Positions 26,419-27,133 of a stretch of DNA of 27,133 nucleotides are shown here, in pieces. This DNA is from Deinococcales bacterium (GTDB lineage: Bacteria; Deinococcota; Deinococci; Deinococcales; JAAFIG01): assembly GCA_043778225.1 (NCBI GenBank), contig JAYWGM010000042.1, positions 1-27,133 of the forward strand. Direction: 5' to 3'. A program made the position numbers and the translations under genes. A model generated the notes under the pieces. That model made no database searches. It saw only the letters and a list, made by a program, of their open reading frames with translations, and was not told the DNA's origin. How positions within the stretch are numbered: the first letter of the stretch is position 1; each line of letters starts with the position of its first letter.

Positions 26419-27133
26419 TATCCATCGCTTTCTGGGGTTTGGCAAGTTTCGCGGTAGACATACTGCGATAATTTTTTGCGATGCCGACTGCTCCAGTCTA
26501 TGGTTGGGCGGCGGTTGCCCTCTTTTAAGTAACCAAGTCGGTAAATCGCCATCAATTCGAGATTGTCCGGGACACGTAAAATCTGCTTCATTTTTTCCCA
26601 GCACTCGGGAATTTCCATTGGCGTACTGATAAATTGAATCCCCATACCGAGTGCGTGGGTGGTCAGCCAAATGTTTTCCATGGCTGCCCCCATCCCAAAA
26701 ATACTGTAAAATCCAGACAGCTTGCCGGGAATATACTCGGCTTTATCGAGCATCACCCCAATCAGCAAAGGGCTACCCGCCACAAGGTCTTTGTTGTCTT
26801 TACCGAGCATTTTTGGCACACCTAAATTTCGCATGATACTGACCCCAGTTGGCGACATCACTTGCTTGGCAAAGGGTTTTAGCGGTCCTGGCAATTGGTC
26901 AAAATGAATTCCATCGCCTCGGGCTGATAATTCGCTTTCCGAAAAACGAAAATAGGGTCTGTAGCGGTCAAAAAAAAGTCCTTCTTGGATAAGGCGCTCC
27001 ATCGAGTAACCCGCCAGTTCTGCCACCTCGAGAATCCGTGCTTTATCCTCGAGCAGCACAAAACGCCACGGTTGCGAATTAAAATGACTCGGCGCTCGAG
27101 AAGCCGCTTCCATCAGGGTTTTTTGGTGTTCAC
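26418..27133 (-). CDS. Nitroreductase family protein; 5' end lies outside the window
   Basis: Frame open to the window edge ([25 protein letters not shown]); GAAMENIWL...LGMG, IYRLGY; TAATG overlap with the PKS start. Confidence 0.88.
   Translation of the reverse strand, partial: EHQKTLMEAASRAPSHFNSQPWRFVLLEDKARILEVAELAGYSMERLIQEGLFFDRYRPYFRFSESELSARGDGIHFDQLPGPLKPFAKQVMSPTGVSIMRNLGVPKMLGKDNKDLVAGSPLLIGVMLDKAEYIPGKLSGFYSIFGMGAAMENIWLTTHALGMGIQFISTPMEIPECWEKMKQILRVPDNLELMAIYRLGYLKEGNRRPTIDWSSRHRKKLSQYVYRETCQTPESDG

Noticed and set aside
26419..26670. N-terminal extension of the PKS ORF (434 aa)
   Set aside because: It overlaps the nitroreductase gene; PKS homology begins at MSEPRIL (26418).
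378..27061. Numerous short antisense or alternate-frame ORFs in the track
   Set aside because: They are shadows of well-supported genes, with no RBS or motif support.

Overview
This is a chromosomal window from a mid-GC bacterium, most likely Deinococcota: it carries Thermus-type mglBA, hisZ plus short hisG, and many apparently leaderless genes with a TANNNT box 6-7 nt before the start codon. Gene content in order: four secreted or lipoprotein hypotheticals, a GNAT, a decayed toxin-antitoxin region joined by a ~200-bp internally deleted IS5-like element, a class III aminotransferase, an XRE/MDR/membrane-protein cassette, a CDP-alcohol phosphatidyltransferase, a SodC-like lipoprotein, dnaG, hisZG, an SDR, mglBA, a phosphodiester glycosidase, a YugP-like peptidase, lysS, pilC, ilvE, an alpha/beta hydrolase, a type III PKS and a nitroreductase cut by the window edge. 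The strongest unexplained signal is the palindrome CTCGAG. I counted about 155 copies by eye, against about 7 expected at uniform base composition. It occurs in all three codon phases and in terminators and promoters, which suggests a HIP1-like highly iterated palindrome. Other candidates are a primase that has lost 3 of its 4 zinc ligands, a rod-like possible ncRNA, a leaderless 19-aa ORF before lysS, several tandem repeat arrays, and a translationally coupled nitroreductase-PKS III pair. All product calls come from motif recognition only; no database searches were run.
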